Sequence record: SRR20825010_1514
Direction: 5' to 3' (one strand)
DNA length: 37,623 nucleotides
The translations under genes and the position numbers were made by a program. A model generated the notes under the pieces. It was not told where the DNA came from. It searched no databases and was given only the letters and a program-made list of their open reading frames with translations. Positions within the stretch are counted from its first letter, which is position 1; each line of letters starts with the position of its first letter. Shown here in pieces: positions 1 through 9,037 of the stretch.

Positions 1-64
1 GGTAATGAGAGGCTGTAATGTAGATCAGCCAAGAAACTTGGCCAAATCAGTTACTGTTGAATAA
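1..64 (+). CDS. glmS: Glutamine--fructose-6-phosphate aminotransferase, 3' end (partial)
   Basis: Frame from nt 2 reads VMRGCNVDQPRNLAKSVTVE*; PRNLAKSVTVE is the invariant GlmS C-terminus. Confidence 0.95.
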   Translation, partial: VMRGCNVDQPRNLAKSVTVE

Positions 65-88
65 AGGGAATAGAAAATATATTCAAAT

Positions 89-118
89 AAAAAGGGAGCT
101 CAATAAGCTCCCTTTTTT
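89..118. terminator. Bidirectional intrinsic terminator
   Basis: AAAAAGGGAGCT-caata-AGCTCCCTTTTT perfect stem with A/T tracts, between convergent glmS and the downstream CDS. Confidence 0.9.
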
Positions 119-785
119 AATGCGTAATGCGGCTTAAGTATTCTTTTTTGAGTAACGGACATATTTTATATCGCTCTTCTTTGGTGTCCTCATACATGGC
201 CTCCAATACTTCGTAAACTTGTGGGACTCCAATTTTATTGCACCATTCAAATGGGCCAAAAGGATAATTCGTCCCTAACTTCATTCCAGTATCTATAGCT
301 TCTTTTGAAGCTGTACCTTCCTGAAGTGTATAAAAAGCCTCGTTAATAATCATTAAGATGATTCTAGGTGTTACCATTCCAACACGATCTTCAACTAACT
401 CAAAGTCAGTATTGAGTTTTTTGCACAAGGCCTCTAAACCTGATTTGGCACTATCGTTCAAAGCTGAAACCTCAAGAATATCTCGGTTAAAGAAAGTAGG
501 CAGGCCATTGAAACCATAAAGGTTACAGTTGACCTCTTCTTGGTAATAGGCCAGTTCTGAGAGTGATATTTTCGGAGCATTCACAAATAGGTTTAGCCCT
601 TTATAAGAACTAAATATCTCGAACTGCTCAGGGCTATCACCAATATAAAAGTCAAAAACACAACCAAAAGTAGAGAGGTCTTCTTCGAAATCATAGTCGG
701 TTTCGAAGCGGTATTCATGCCCAGTATTAAATTTTAATTTAAACTCTTCGATATTCTGTTCGGAACCAATGACTAGAATTTTCAT
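117..785 (-). CDS. 3-hydroxyacyl-CoA dehydrogenase family protein (C-terminal dimerisation domain; degenerate N-terminus)
   Basis: GMVTPRIILMIINEA...IDTGMKLGTNYPFGPFEW matches the 3HCDH C-terminal domain. Start placed at MKILVIG (785) rather than 827. Confidence 0.8.
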   Translation of the reverse strand: MKILVIGSEQNIEEFKLKFNTGHEYRFETDYDFEEDLSTFGCVFDFYIGDSPEQFEIFSSYKGLNLFVNAPKISLSELAYYQEEVNCNLYGFNGLPTFFNRDILEVSALNDSAKSGLEALCKKLNTDFELVEDRVGMVTPRIILMIINEAFYTLQEGTASKEAIDTGMKLGTNYPFGPFEWCNKIGVPQVYEVLEAMYEDTKEERYKICPLLKKEYLSRITH

Positions 786-834
786 AAATGTGTAATTTGC
801 CCCAAAATTATTCATTAAATCAAACAATCCGAAT

Positions 835-1218
835 ATGTCGAAAATAATCGTTAATAGTCTAGATGCCCCAGCGCCAATAGGGCCTTATAGCCAAGCCGTT
901 AAAGCGGGTAATACATTGTATGTTTCAGGTCAGATTCCTTTTGATCAAGCTACTGGAGAAATGATCAATGAGAATATTACAGAGGAAACTCACCAAGTAA
1001 TGAAGAATCTCGAGGCAATCCTGTCAGCGGCAGGAATGACTTTCAGCAATATCGTAAAATGCTCAATTTTCATTAAAGACATGAATCAGTTCGCTACCAT
1101 TAATGAAGCCTATGCCGTTTATTTTAAAGCAAACCCTCCAGCTAGAGAATGCGTTGAGGTGGCCAGATTGCCTAAAGATGTTAACGTGGAAATTTCGTGC
1201 ATCGCGGTAGATATTTAA
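835..1218 (+). CDS. ridA: RidA/YjgF family enamine/imine deaminase
   Basis: APAPIGPYSQAV, LYVSGQIP, PPARECVEVARLPKDVNVEI motifs. Confidence 0.93.
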   Translation: MSKIIVNSLDAPAPIGPYSQAVKAGNTLYVSGQIPFDQATGEMINENITEETHQVMKNLEAILSAAGMTFSNIVKCSIFIKDMNQFATINEAYAVYFKANPPARECVEVARLPKDVNVEISCIAVDI

Positions 1219-1273
1219 TTCGAATAAATCCTAATTCACCAAGCCATTCTTAGTGATGGACTTTACTTTTGCG

Positions 1274-1281
1274 TATTTTTG
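1274..1281 (+). promoter_or_regulatory. Bacteroidota housekeeping -7 promoter element for gltX
   Basis: TATTTTTG matches TAnnTTTG, 17 nt before the ATG at 1299; a second match, TACTTTTG, lies at 1264-1271. Confidence 0.55.
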
Positions 1282-1298
1282 CGGCCAAATTAAATTTC

Positions 1299-2813
1299 AT
1301 GAGTGTCAGAGTAAGATTTGCCCCAAGTCCAACGGGAGCTTTACATATAGGAGGAGTAAGGACTGCTCTTTATAATTATTTATTTGCCAAGAAAAGCGGA
1401 GGCAAATTCATTATTAGAATAGAGGATACAGACCAAAATCGCTATGTCGAAGGGGCTGAAGATTATATTCTTAAGGCCTTGGAATGGTGTGGAATTAGAC
1501 CAGACGAAGGCCCTCGAACTGGTGGTGACTTTGGACCTTACCGTCAGTCAGATCGAAAACCTCTCTATAAAGAATATGCTGACAGACTGATTGCTGAAGG
1601 GAAGGCATATTATGCTTTTGATACGCCAGAAGAGCTTGATGAAATGCGCGAGCGACTTAAAGAAGCGCGAATGGCAAACCCACAGTACAATGCCATCAGT
1701 AGAAATCAGATGAAAAACTCGCTGACAATGTCTGCTGAGGACGTGAGCCAGAAATTGGAATCAGGCGAGTCTTATGTGATTCGTTTTAAGATGCCTAAAA
1801 ATGATGATGTCCGCTTTAAAGATGTTGTTAGAGACTGGGTAGTGGTGAATACCACTACGCTCGATGATAAGGTGTTAATGAAGTCTGATGGAATGCCTAC
1901 CTATCATTTGGCGAATATTGTGGATGACCACCTGATGGAAATCACCCATGTAATTAGAGGAGAGGAATGGTTGCCTTCGGCTCCTTTACACGTTTTATTG
2001 TATGAAGCCTTTGGATGGGACGCACCACAATTTGCTCACTTACCACTATTGCTCAAGCCGGATGGTAATGGCAAGCTAAGTAAGCGAGCAGCTGATCAAT
2101 TGGGCTTTCCTATATTCCCATTGAACTGGCCAGACCCCATTTCGGGAGAATTGTCGAAAGGCTTTAAGGAGTCTGGTTATTTGCCAGAAGCTTGTATGAA
2201 CTTTTTGGCTTTATTGGGTTGGAACCCAGGAACGGAGCAAGAAATGTTCACTATGGATCAACTCATTTCTGAATTTTCTTTAGAGCGAATTAATAAATCT
2301 GGAGCCAAATTCGATATTGAGAAAGCGAAATGGTTCAATCAGCAATACTTGAAAAATAAGTCGAATGCCGATTTAGCTCAAATGCTTATGGAAGAAACAA
2401 ATATTGATGCGGATATGGAGCTGTTAAGTGCCATAGCAGGCTCAATGAAGGAGCGGATTACTTTTGTTTCTGATATTTTAGAAAGTGGCGATTTCTTCTT
2501 TTCTGCACCCACAACTTATGATGAGAAAACCGTAAATAAGAAATGGACGGCTGAAGCTGTTCGGAAATTATGGGATTTCGCTAGTGAGGTAAGTCAACTT
2601 AAAATCATTAGCCCCGAAGAGGCCAAAGAGAAATTCATGGGCGTTTTAGCAAAAGATGAAACACCATTGGGTAAGGTTATGCCAGCATTACGTTTGGCAT
2701 TAACTGGTGCAGGAGGAGGTCCCGATCTAATGGAGATCATCTCAATTTTAGGCACTAAGGAAACGGCTACTCGGATTAGCAAAGCAATTGAAGTGCTGAA
2801 AACTTCAAACTAG
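1299..2813 (+). CDS. gltX: Glutamate--tRNA ligase
   Basis: VRVRFAPSPTGALHIGG (HIGH), RIEDTD, THVIRGEEW, KLSKR (KMSKS). Start at MSVRVRF. Confidence 0.97.
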   Translation: MSVRVRFAPSPTGALHIGGVRTALYNYLFAKKSGGKFIIRIEDTDQNRYVEGAEDYILKALEWCGIRPDEGPRTGGDFGPYRQSDRKPLYKEYADRLIAEGKAYYAFDTPEELDEMRERLKEARMANPQYNAISRNQMKNSLTMSAEDVSQKLESGESYVIRFKMPKNDDVRFKDVVRDWVVVNTTTLDDKVLMKSDGMPTYHLANIVDDHLMEITHVIRGEEWLPSAPLHVLLYEAFGWDAPQFAHLPLLLKPDGNGKLSKRAADQLGFPIFPLNWPDPISGELSKGFKESGYLPEACMNFLALLGWNPGTEQEMFTMDQLISEFSLERINKSGAKFDIEKAKWFNQQYLKNKSNADLAQMLMEETNIDADMELLSAIAGSMKERITFVSDILESGDFFFSAPTTYDEKTVNKKWTAEAVRKLWDFASEVSQLKIISPEEAKEKFMGVLAKDETPLGKVMPALRLALTGAGGGPDLMEIISILGTKETATRISKAIEVLKTSN

Positions 2814-2853
2814 ATAGTGCTGGTTTTTATTAATTGGATTAAACAAAATAAAC

Positions 2854-3075
2854 ATGGCAAGGAAAAAGGATAACAAGGAAAAGGATCAAAAACCGCGAGT
2901 GAATAAAGAGCTTGAGGGAATGGAAATTAAGATCGACTCCTTTGGAGAAATTCGTAACTCCTTGTCGATTGATAAAATCAATGAGTTTTTAAATAAGAAC
3001 GTTGATGATAAAAAACTTCGTGATCGAGACGATCTGGATGAGATTAAGCGTAAGGAAATTGATGAAGAGGAGTAG
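2854..3075 (+). CDS. Small charged hypothetical protein
   Basis: 73-aa ORF with A-rich upstream context, co-oriented 40 nt after gltX; core PRVNKELEG...IDSFGEI...INEFLNKNVDDKKL. Confidence 0.75.
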   Translation: MARKKDNKEKDQKPRVNKELEGMEIKIDSFGEIRNSLSIDKINEFLNKNVDDKKLRDRDDLDEIKRKEIDEEE

Positions 3076-3087
3076 AAACTCCCCTTC
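3064..3087. terminator. Hairpin between convergent genes, probable terminator
   Basis: GAAGAGGAGT-agaa-ACTCCCCTTC; the single mismatch becomes G-U on the minus strand; a T-tract follows at 3092-3097. Confidence 0.5.
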
Positions 3088-3096
3088 TCAATTTTT

Positions 3097-4092
3097 TCAA
3101 TTGAATCGTCTTTTTAATACCAGAATAAAGGCTTCCATTTCATCGCCTTCTATGTCCCATTTTTTATTGTAGGGCTGTGTTTTGCTTAAGGCTTCCTCCA
3201 TACTGTTTGCAGTATCAAGCTCTTCCAAAACCTGCGACATTAATGCCTGGTTACCTTCAAAAAGCGTTTTGGTAAACATGATTCGCTCGTTGAGTGTAAG
3301 CGTCTTTTCAAGTGGCTGGCTATTGTTCTTTTGCAGTTTTTCTGCCAATGTTGGTGCATTCGTACTTCCATTAAAACGATCGTTAATTGTTTCTTTGCCA
3401 TTCTCATGCTTGGCTGCAACAGTACTCTTTACTTCTGATGGTTCATCTACTTCTGGAATAAATACGGGAGAAGGAGCTGGTTTATCAGTTACTTCTTTTT
3501 CAAAAAGAAGATCAAGTTTATCTTCAGCATTTAACTTTTGTAAGAATTCCATTGGCTCAGGTATTTCAAAATGAGAGCTCATTGAATCAAACAAATTACC
3601 TAGGTAAACAGGGTTGATTGGTGTCTTGGCTGTTTCGTGAATTAACTTGAATCCTTCCCCATGCGTTTTTATATACCTCAATTTTCCTTTAGGTAGATTT
3701 TCTTTTTGTTCATCGAACCAATGGCTCAATACATATTTTTTGGGTGCGAAAGTCAAGAGTATTGTCGCCTCAATTGCCTTGGCCAAAAGTGGCTCCAAGT
3801 GCCCACGGCCAATGCTAATGTGGTTTGAAAGCGTATTCATGAATTCTTTGAGGGCCTTTTGTACTTCTTCCGCTTCATAATTGAAATAGGGGCTTCTTAA
3901 TCGTGCCATTTCGGATTGCCATTGTGTGAAAAGCGACTCGATAATAAATGAATTCACTTGTCTGACCTCTGTGAGGGCCATAATGGATTCTCCGCTTATT
4001 TTATTTTTTCCAGCAAAAAACTCAGTACTTATGTCTGCAGCGGTGGCAGTAGAAAAACTCGAGATTGATTCTTGCTTTAGCTTGTAGCTCAT
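3097..4092 (-). CDS. Conserved hypothetical protein
   Basis: 331-aa ORF; C-terminal LTLNERIMFTKTLFEGN resembles a recurrent uncharacterised Bacteroidota domain. Confidence 0.8.
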   Translation of the reverse strand: MSYKLKQESISSFSTATAADISTEFFAGKNKISGESIMALTEVRQVNSFIIESLFTQWQSEMARLRSPYFNYEAEEVQKALKEFMNTLSNHISIGRGHLEPLLAKAIEATILLTFAPKKYVLSHWFDEQKENLPKGKLRYIKTHGEGFKLIHETAKTPINPVYLGNLFDSMSSHFEIPEPMEFLQKLNAEDKLDLLFEKEVTDKPAPSPVFIPEVDEPSEVKSTVAAKHENGKETINDRFNGSTNAPTLAEKLQKNNSQPLEKTLTLNERIMFTKTLFEGNQALMSQVLEELDTANSMEEALSKTQPYNKKWDIEGDEMEAFILVLKRRFN

Positions 4093-4125
4093 GGCTTATT
4101 TCTTTTGTTTTGTAAATTAAAAATT

Positions 4126-4449
4126 ATGGGACAGATCACTATTGAAAACCTGAACAATAAAGAGATTTCTAACACAGATAACTCTAAATCGGTACTGGAT
4201 ATTATTCACGAAAGCGGAATCGACTGGATGCACGCTTGCGGGAAAAAAGGCCGTTGTACCACATGTAAAATTATAGTAGTAGAAGGAGCAGACCAACTGA
4301 GTCCGATTGAAGAAACTGAACAACTGCTTTTTGATGCAGGTAAACTTCAATCAGGTGAACGTGTGGCTTGCCAGGCAAAGTTACTGGGTGATGTGAAAGT
4401 TCGTGTAGCTGACAAAAATAAATTTCCTCATATGACCTATACCGCATAG
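4126..4449 (+). CDS. 2Fe-2S ferredoxin
   Basis: HACGKKGRCTTC...RVACQ (C-x5-C-x2-C...C). Start at MGQITIEN. Confidence 0.9.
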   Translation: MGQITIENLNNKEISNTDNSKSVLDIIHESGIDWMHACGKKGRCTTCKIIVVEGADQLSPIEETEQLLFDAGKLQSGERVACQAKLLGDVKVRVADKNKFPHMTYTA

Positions 4450-4450
4450 C

Positions 4451-5056
4451 ATGTTTATCGAGCCACAGGGTAAAATAGCAGGAGAGCACACGTCAGGATC
4501 CATCGAGGTGGTTTGTGGCTGTATGTTTTCTGGAAAAACGGAGGAGCTAATTAGGCGCCTCCGGAGGGCTACTATTGCCAAACAGAATGTGGAAATCTTT
4601 AAACCGGCTATCGATACACGTTATGATGTGGAGAATGTAGTCTCACACAACAATACCGTAATTAGGTCTACACCTGTGCAGTTCGCTTCGGATATTTTGC
4701 TGTTATGTGGCGAAAGCGATGTCGTGGGAATTGATGAGGCACAATTCTTTGATGATCAAATCATTGATGTCTGCCGCACCATGGCCAATAATGGAAAAAG
4801 AGTGATTGTGGCTGGTTTAGATATGGACGCTCAAGGAAATCCCTTTGGCCCCATGCCTCAATTACTTGCAATTGCAGAATTTGTAACCAAATTACACGCT
4901 ATCTGTACAGTAAGCGGTAGCTTAGCTTCGTTCTCATACAAACTTTCCGACTCTGAAAAGATGGTGGAACTGGGAGAGAAAGATATTTACGAAGCCCGAA
5001 ATCGCAAATACTTCTACCAAGGCCTCGAAGAAAAAAGGAAGAATAAGAAAAAGTGA
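4451..5056 (+). CDS. tdk: Thymidine kinase
   Basis: GCMFSGKTEELIRR (P-loop), FKPAIDTRY, IDEAQF, VAGLD. Confidence 0.95.
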   Translation: MFIEPQGKIAGEHTSGSIEVVCGCMFSGKTEELIRRLRRATIAKQNVEIFKPAIDTRYDVENVVSHNNTVIRSTPVQFASDILLLCGESDVVGIDEAQFFDDQIIDVCRTMANNGKRVIVAGLDMDAQGNPFGPMPQLLAIAEFVTKLHAICTVSGSLASFSYKLSDSEKMVELGEKDIYEARNRKYFYQGLEEKRKNKKK

Positions 5057-7305
5057 TCAAACGCCTGTTTAGTCTGACTTTAGGAGCCATCATGCTTCTT
5101 GCAGTGCAAACCAGTTTTGCCCAAGGTCAGATTCCAATTTTCAATTGGCGGTCGCACATCAGTTATAATAATGTGATTGACATTGCTGCGGCAGGTGAAC
5201 TGATTTACGCAGCTTCTCCCAATGGGCTTTTCTTTGTCGACTTATCCGAAAACTCTGTCAACCGACTGACTAAAAGTAACGGGCTTTCGGATGTGACTGT
5301 AGGTGCCATTGGCTACGACCCCACTTCCAAAACATTGGTAATTGGTTATGCAAATGGGAATATCGATTTACTTTCAGACGATGGGGTTCACAACATTAGA
5401 ACCGTTCTAGAAGCACCCACAACAACGAATAAGTCATTTAAGGATATTGCTTTCAATAATGGCCGGGCTTTCTTGTCTGGAGATTTAGGCATTATTGTTT
5501 TAGATCTTTCCTCTGAAGAGATTATTGAATCGTACCAGAATATTGGAGTGAATGGTGAGAGTGTAAGCGTATCAGAGATTGTTTTTTCGAATGACCGTAT
5601 TTATGCGGCTAGCGAAAGTGGCATTCTTTCTGTCAGCTTAGAGAGCGGTGTGAATCGTCAAGATTACAATAACTGGAGAAGAGATTTTACTGGGATTCCT
5701 TTTTCGAATATTCAAGAAGTAGGCGCTAAGCTTTATGCCAGTTCGGCCACAGATTTATTTGCTTTCGATGGCGCTAACTGGTCATATCAAGCTTCAGCCG
5801 AAGCTTCAATTACAGCAATCATTTCCGATTCATATTTACCCCTGATTTTAACCAATTCTGATATTTTATCTTTCGACAATAATCAGTTCAATCCCCTTTA
5901 TAACTTCCCAAAGCAAGGGGTTTCACGGAATGAAATATTACTCTATCAGAATTATTGGTGGGTAGGAGATGGCTTTGATGGTTTGCTCAAGGTGGAGCCT
6001 AACGGCCAACAATCATTCAAACCTTCTGGCCCAGCTTATGACCATACTTGGTTGATTAAGAGCCATGAAGAACAAACGATAAAGCTTTCTGGTGGCTTCG
6101 ATGAAAATCTATCGGCCTTAAATAGAGCCCCTTATTTCTCGTCCTTTTCGTTTGAAGAGGGTTGGAAAAATACTGCTATCATTAATAGTGCTGGAGACAG
6201 CATCAAAGATCTGGTAGACTTTGAGTTGATTAGTGTTGCTGGTGAGCCCTCAATGATATTGGCCTCTTTTACGGAAGGAATATATTCCTATTCAGAAGGA
6301 AACACCCGCTCAATAAAGGAGCTTTCACCCAATACCACTTTGAATGAAAGCGGGAATGTGAAAATCACAGGAATGGCAAAAAGCGATAACTCGCTTTGGG
6401 TTACGGATTATGGAACATTGAACGTTCTCCACGAATGGAATTTTGAAGAAGATACTTGGCGTTCTTATTCCCTCACTAATTCCCGAGCAAGGTATGCGGT
6501 TTCATTATTCATAGCGCCCAATGGTGATAAATGGATGCCGATTGAGGATAGCCGTGGAGGCGGAATCTTGGTGTTCAATGAAACCAGCAACACCGAACGA
6601 TATTTAAACACCAATGGTGGTCAAGGTGGTTTGCCTGGAAGTAAAATCACTGCTTTGACCTTGGACGACAACCAATTTTTATGGGTTGGAACGGATGAAG
6701 GAATCGCTTTTTTTCCTAACCTGAATGCCATTCTTCAAGGGCAGGCATTAACGGCCAGTATTCCCATTTATGAAAATCGACTTTTGCTTCGCGATGAAAA
6801 TATTACAGCAATAGCCATTGATCCCGCCAATCGTAAATGGTTCGGAACGAAGAACAATGGGCTTTGGCTTTTTAGCGAAACAGGTGAAGAATTGGTGCAA
6901 AGATTTACCGCTCAAAATAGCCCACTCATTTCGAATGCCGTCATCTCTATTTATGTGGAGGAAATTTCTGGGGAAGTTTTTGTAGGAACAGACAAGGGTT
7001 TGGTGTCATTTAAAAGCGATGCAACACTAGGGGCTTTCGAGCATCAAAATGTAAAGATTTACCCGAATCCTGTACCACCAAATTTCGATGGGCAAATTGT
7101 AATCAATGGACTGGTGAATAATGCTTCGGTAAAGTTTACAGACATTTCTGGAAAGTTGATAAAGGAAACCAAAGCAAATGGCAGTACTGCCATTTGGAAC
7201 GGCCGCGATAATAGCGGATTAAAAGTGAAAACAGGCGTGTACTTGGTGTTCAGTTCCAATGCCGATGGCACTGAAACCTTTGTTGGGAAAATAGTGGTAA
7301 TCTAA
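5053..7305 (+). CDS. porZ: T9SS PorZ-like beta-propeller protein with type-A CTD
   Basis: Signal peptide; NWRSHISY N-terminus; repeated propeller blades (IAIDPANRKWFGT); CTD VKIYPNPV...GVYLV...GKIVVI; immediately upstream of recO as in other Bacteroidota. Confidence 0.8.
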   Translation: MIKRLFSLTLGAIMLLAVQTSFAQGQIPIFNWRSHISYNNVIDIAAAGELIYAASPNGLFFVDLSENSVNRLTKSNGLSDVTVGAIGYDPTSKTLVIGYANGNIDLLSDDGVHNIRTVLEAPTTTNKSFKDIAFNNGRAFLSGDLGIIVLDLSSEEIIESYQNIGVNGESVSVSEIVFSNDRIYAASESGILSVSLESGVNRQDYNNWRRDFTGIPFSNIQEVGAKLYASSATDLFAFDGANWSYQASAEASITAIISDSYLPLILTNSDILSFDNNQFNPLYNFPKQGVSRNEILLYQNYWWVGDGFDGLLKVEPNGQQSFKPSGPAYDHTWLIKSHEEQTIKLSGGFDENLSALNRAPYFSSFSFEEGWKNTAIINSAGDSIKDLVDFELISVAGEPSMILASFTEGIYSYSEGNTRSIKELSPNTTLNESGNVKITGMAKSDNSLWVTDYGTLNVLHEWNFEEDTWRSYSLTNSRARYAVSLFIAPNGDKWMPIEDSRGGGILVFNETSNTERYLNTNGGQGGLPGSKITALTLDDNQFLWVGTDEGIAFFPNLNAILQGQALTASIPIYENRLLLRDENITAIAIDPANRKWFGTKNNGLWLFSETGEELVQRFTAQNSPLISNAVISIYVEEISGEVFVGTDKGLVSFKSDATLGAFEHQNVKIYPNPVPPNFDGQIVINGLVNNASVKFTDISGKLIKETKANGSTAIWNGRDNSGLKVKTGVYLVFSSNADGTETFVGKIVVI

Positions 7306-7994
7306 TGCTGCACCGCACCAGAGGCATAGTTTTAAGCTATATAAAATACAAGGAGACTTCTATTATAGTCCGAATTTTTACCGAAGCCTTTGGTATGCAA
7401 AGCTATATTGTGAACAGTGTTAGAAGTGCTAAGTCAAGAGGGAAGATGGCACTTTACCAACCACTGGGTTTGCTCGATTTGGTGGTGTACCATAAAAATG
7501 GGAAGGACTTACAACGGATTTCGGAGGCTAAGTTTAGCCATGCGTACAGCTCAATTCCTTTCAATCCTGTAAAAACAGGGATAGGAATTTTCCTTACCGA
7601 AATGCTGAGCAAAACGCTAAGGGAAGAATCTGAAAACGAAGCGTTATACGATTTTGTGCATCAGGCCATGGTGATCTTCGATCACATGGAAACCAATGTG
7701 ATTAACTTTCACTTACAGTTTCTGATGAAATGTACAGGTTATTTGGGTTTTGAGCCCCAATCTGCCGAAGGTTTTATCGAAGAACTTGGAGAAAATGGTG
7801 TTCACTTTTCTACTTTGGGAGCAGAAAGAGCAATAATTTCTGATTTGATGAACAAACCTTTAGGAGAGGAAATTATGCTGACCAGTCAATTAAGGCGTGA
7901 TGTGCTGTCCCATATCATCAAGTTTTATCAGATTCATGTATCGGGGTTAAATGAAATAAAATCCCTAGAAGTATTGAAAGAGGTGCTGAGTTAG
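7305..7994 (+). CDS. recO: DNA repair protein RecO
   Basis: TRGIVL...YKETSIIVRIFTEAFG OB-fold N-terminus; C-terminal IKSLEVLKEV. Confidence 0.92.
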   Translation: MLHRTRGIVLSYIKYKETSIIVRIFTEAFGMQSYIVNSVRSAKSRGKMALYQPLGLLDLVVYHKNGKDLQRISEAKFSHAYSSIPFNPVKTGIGIFLTEMLSKTLREESENEALYDFVHQAMVIFDHMETNVINFHLQFLMKCTGYLGFEPQSAEGFIEELGENGVHFSTLGAERAIISDLMNKPLGEEIMLTSQLRRDVLSHIIKFYQIHVSGLNEIKSLEVLKEVLS

Positions 7995-8047
7995 TGAACT
8001 CTGTAACGAATATTTAATAAATTAGACTGTTTTTAACCATTTCAGCC

Positions 8048-9022
8048 ATGAGCGAAAAATTATACGATGAGGTTCCCTCACTAGATTTAGCCGATTTTAC
8101 TTCGGGCGACCCTGCCAAAAAACAAGCGTTTGTCGATGCGCTAGGCCAAGCTTATAATAACATAGGCTTTGTGGCGATAAAAAATCATGGACTTTCTGAA
8201 GCCCAAACACAAAAGCTATACGCTACTATTCAGAAGTTCTTTTTGATGTCTGACGACATTAAACAGAAATATGAAGTGCCGGAATTGGCAGGGCAACGTG
8301 GTTATATAGGCAAAGGGAAAGAACACGCCAAAGGCCGTAAAACGGGTGATTTGAAAGAGTTCTACCATGTGGGTCAGGAAGTAACTGATGGCGATCCGAT
8401 CAAAAATGAATATCCTGATAATATTTGGCCTGAGGAACTTCCAGAAATGGAAGAGATTGCTTTAGAAGTATACAAAACCATTGAGGCAGCAGGAATTAAA
8501 ATGTTACAAGCCATTGCGCTTTATCTAGGTCTGCCTGAGCACTATTTCGATAATAAAGCAAAAAACGGCAATAGTATTTTGCGTCCGATCCATTACTTTC
8601 CAATTGAAAACCCAGATGAAGTCCCAGATGATGCTGTACGTGCGGCAGAACATGGCGACATTAACCTCATTACGCTTTTGATGGGTGCAAGTGCCGATGG
8701 TCTTCAAGTGCTGAGAAATGATGGTAAATGGATTCCGATTACTGCTTTGCCAGAGCAGTTGGTAGTGAACGTGGGCGACATGCTTTCACGCCATACTAAT
8801 AATAAGCTGAAATCAACAATTCACCGGGTAGTGAATCCGCCAAGAGAGTTAATGAAGAACAGACGTTTCTCCATCCCTTTCTTTATGCACCCGCGATCTG
8901 ACATGGATTTGACGTGCTTGGAGAGTTGTATTGACGCAGACCATCCAAAGCTTTATGAAGACATTACAGCAGGAGAGTTTTTGAATGAACGACTCATTGA
9001 GTTGGGTCTGAAGAAGAAGTAA
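8048..9022 (+). CDS. Isopenicillin N synthase family 2OG-Fe(II) dioxygenase
   Basis: AEHGDINLITLL (HxD), STIHRV (distal His), RFS (RxS), GFVAIKNHG, DLKEF. Confidence 0.9.
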   Translation: MSEKLYDEVPSLDLADFTSGDPAKKQAFVDALGQAYNNIGFVAIKNHGLSEAQTQKLYATIQKFFLMSDDIKQKYEVPELAGQRGYIGKGKEHAKGRKTGDLKEFYHVGQEVTDGDPIKNEYPDNIWPEELPEMEEIALEVYKTIEAAGIKMLQAIALYLGLPEHYFDNKAKNGNSILRPIHYFPIENPDEVPDDAVRAAEHGDINLITLLMGASADGLQVLRNDGKWIPITALPEQLVVNVGDMLSRHTNNKLKSTIHRVVNPPRELMKNRRFSIPFFMHPRSDMDLTCLESCIDADHPKLYEDITAGEFLNERLIELGLKKK

Positions 9023-9037
9023 ACAAGCTTTAATCCA

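Noticed and set aside
8048-9022. Possible beta-lactam biosynthesis suggested by the IPNS-like gene plus a beta-lactamase-like domain elsewhere
   Set aside because: There is no NRPS/ACV synthetase, the two genes are 13 kb apart, and both families are broad.
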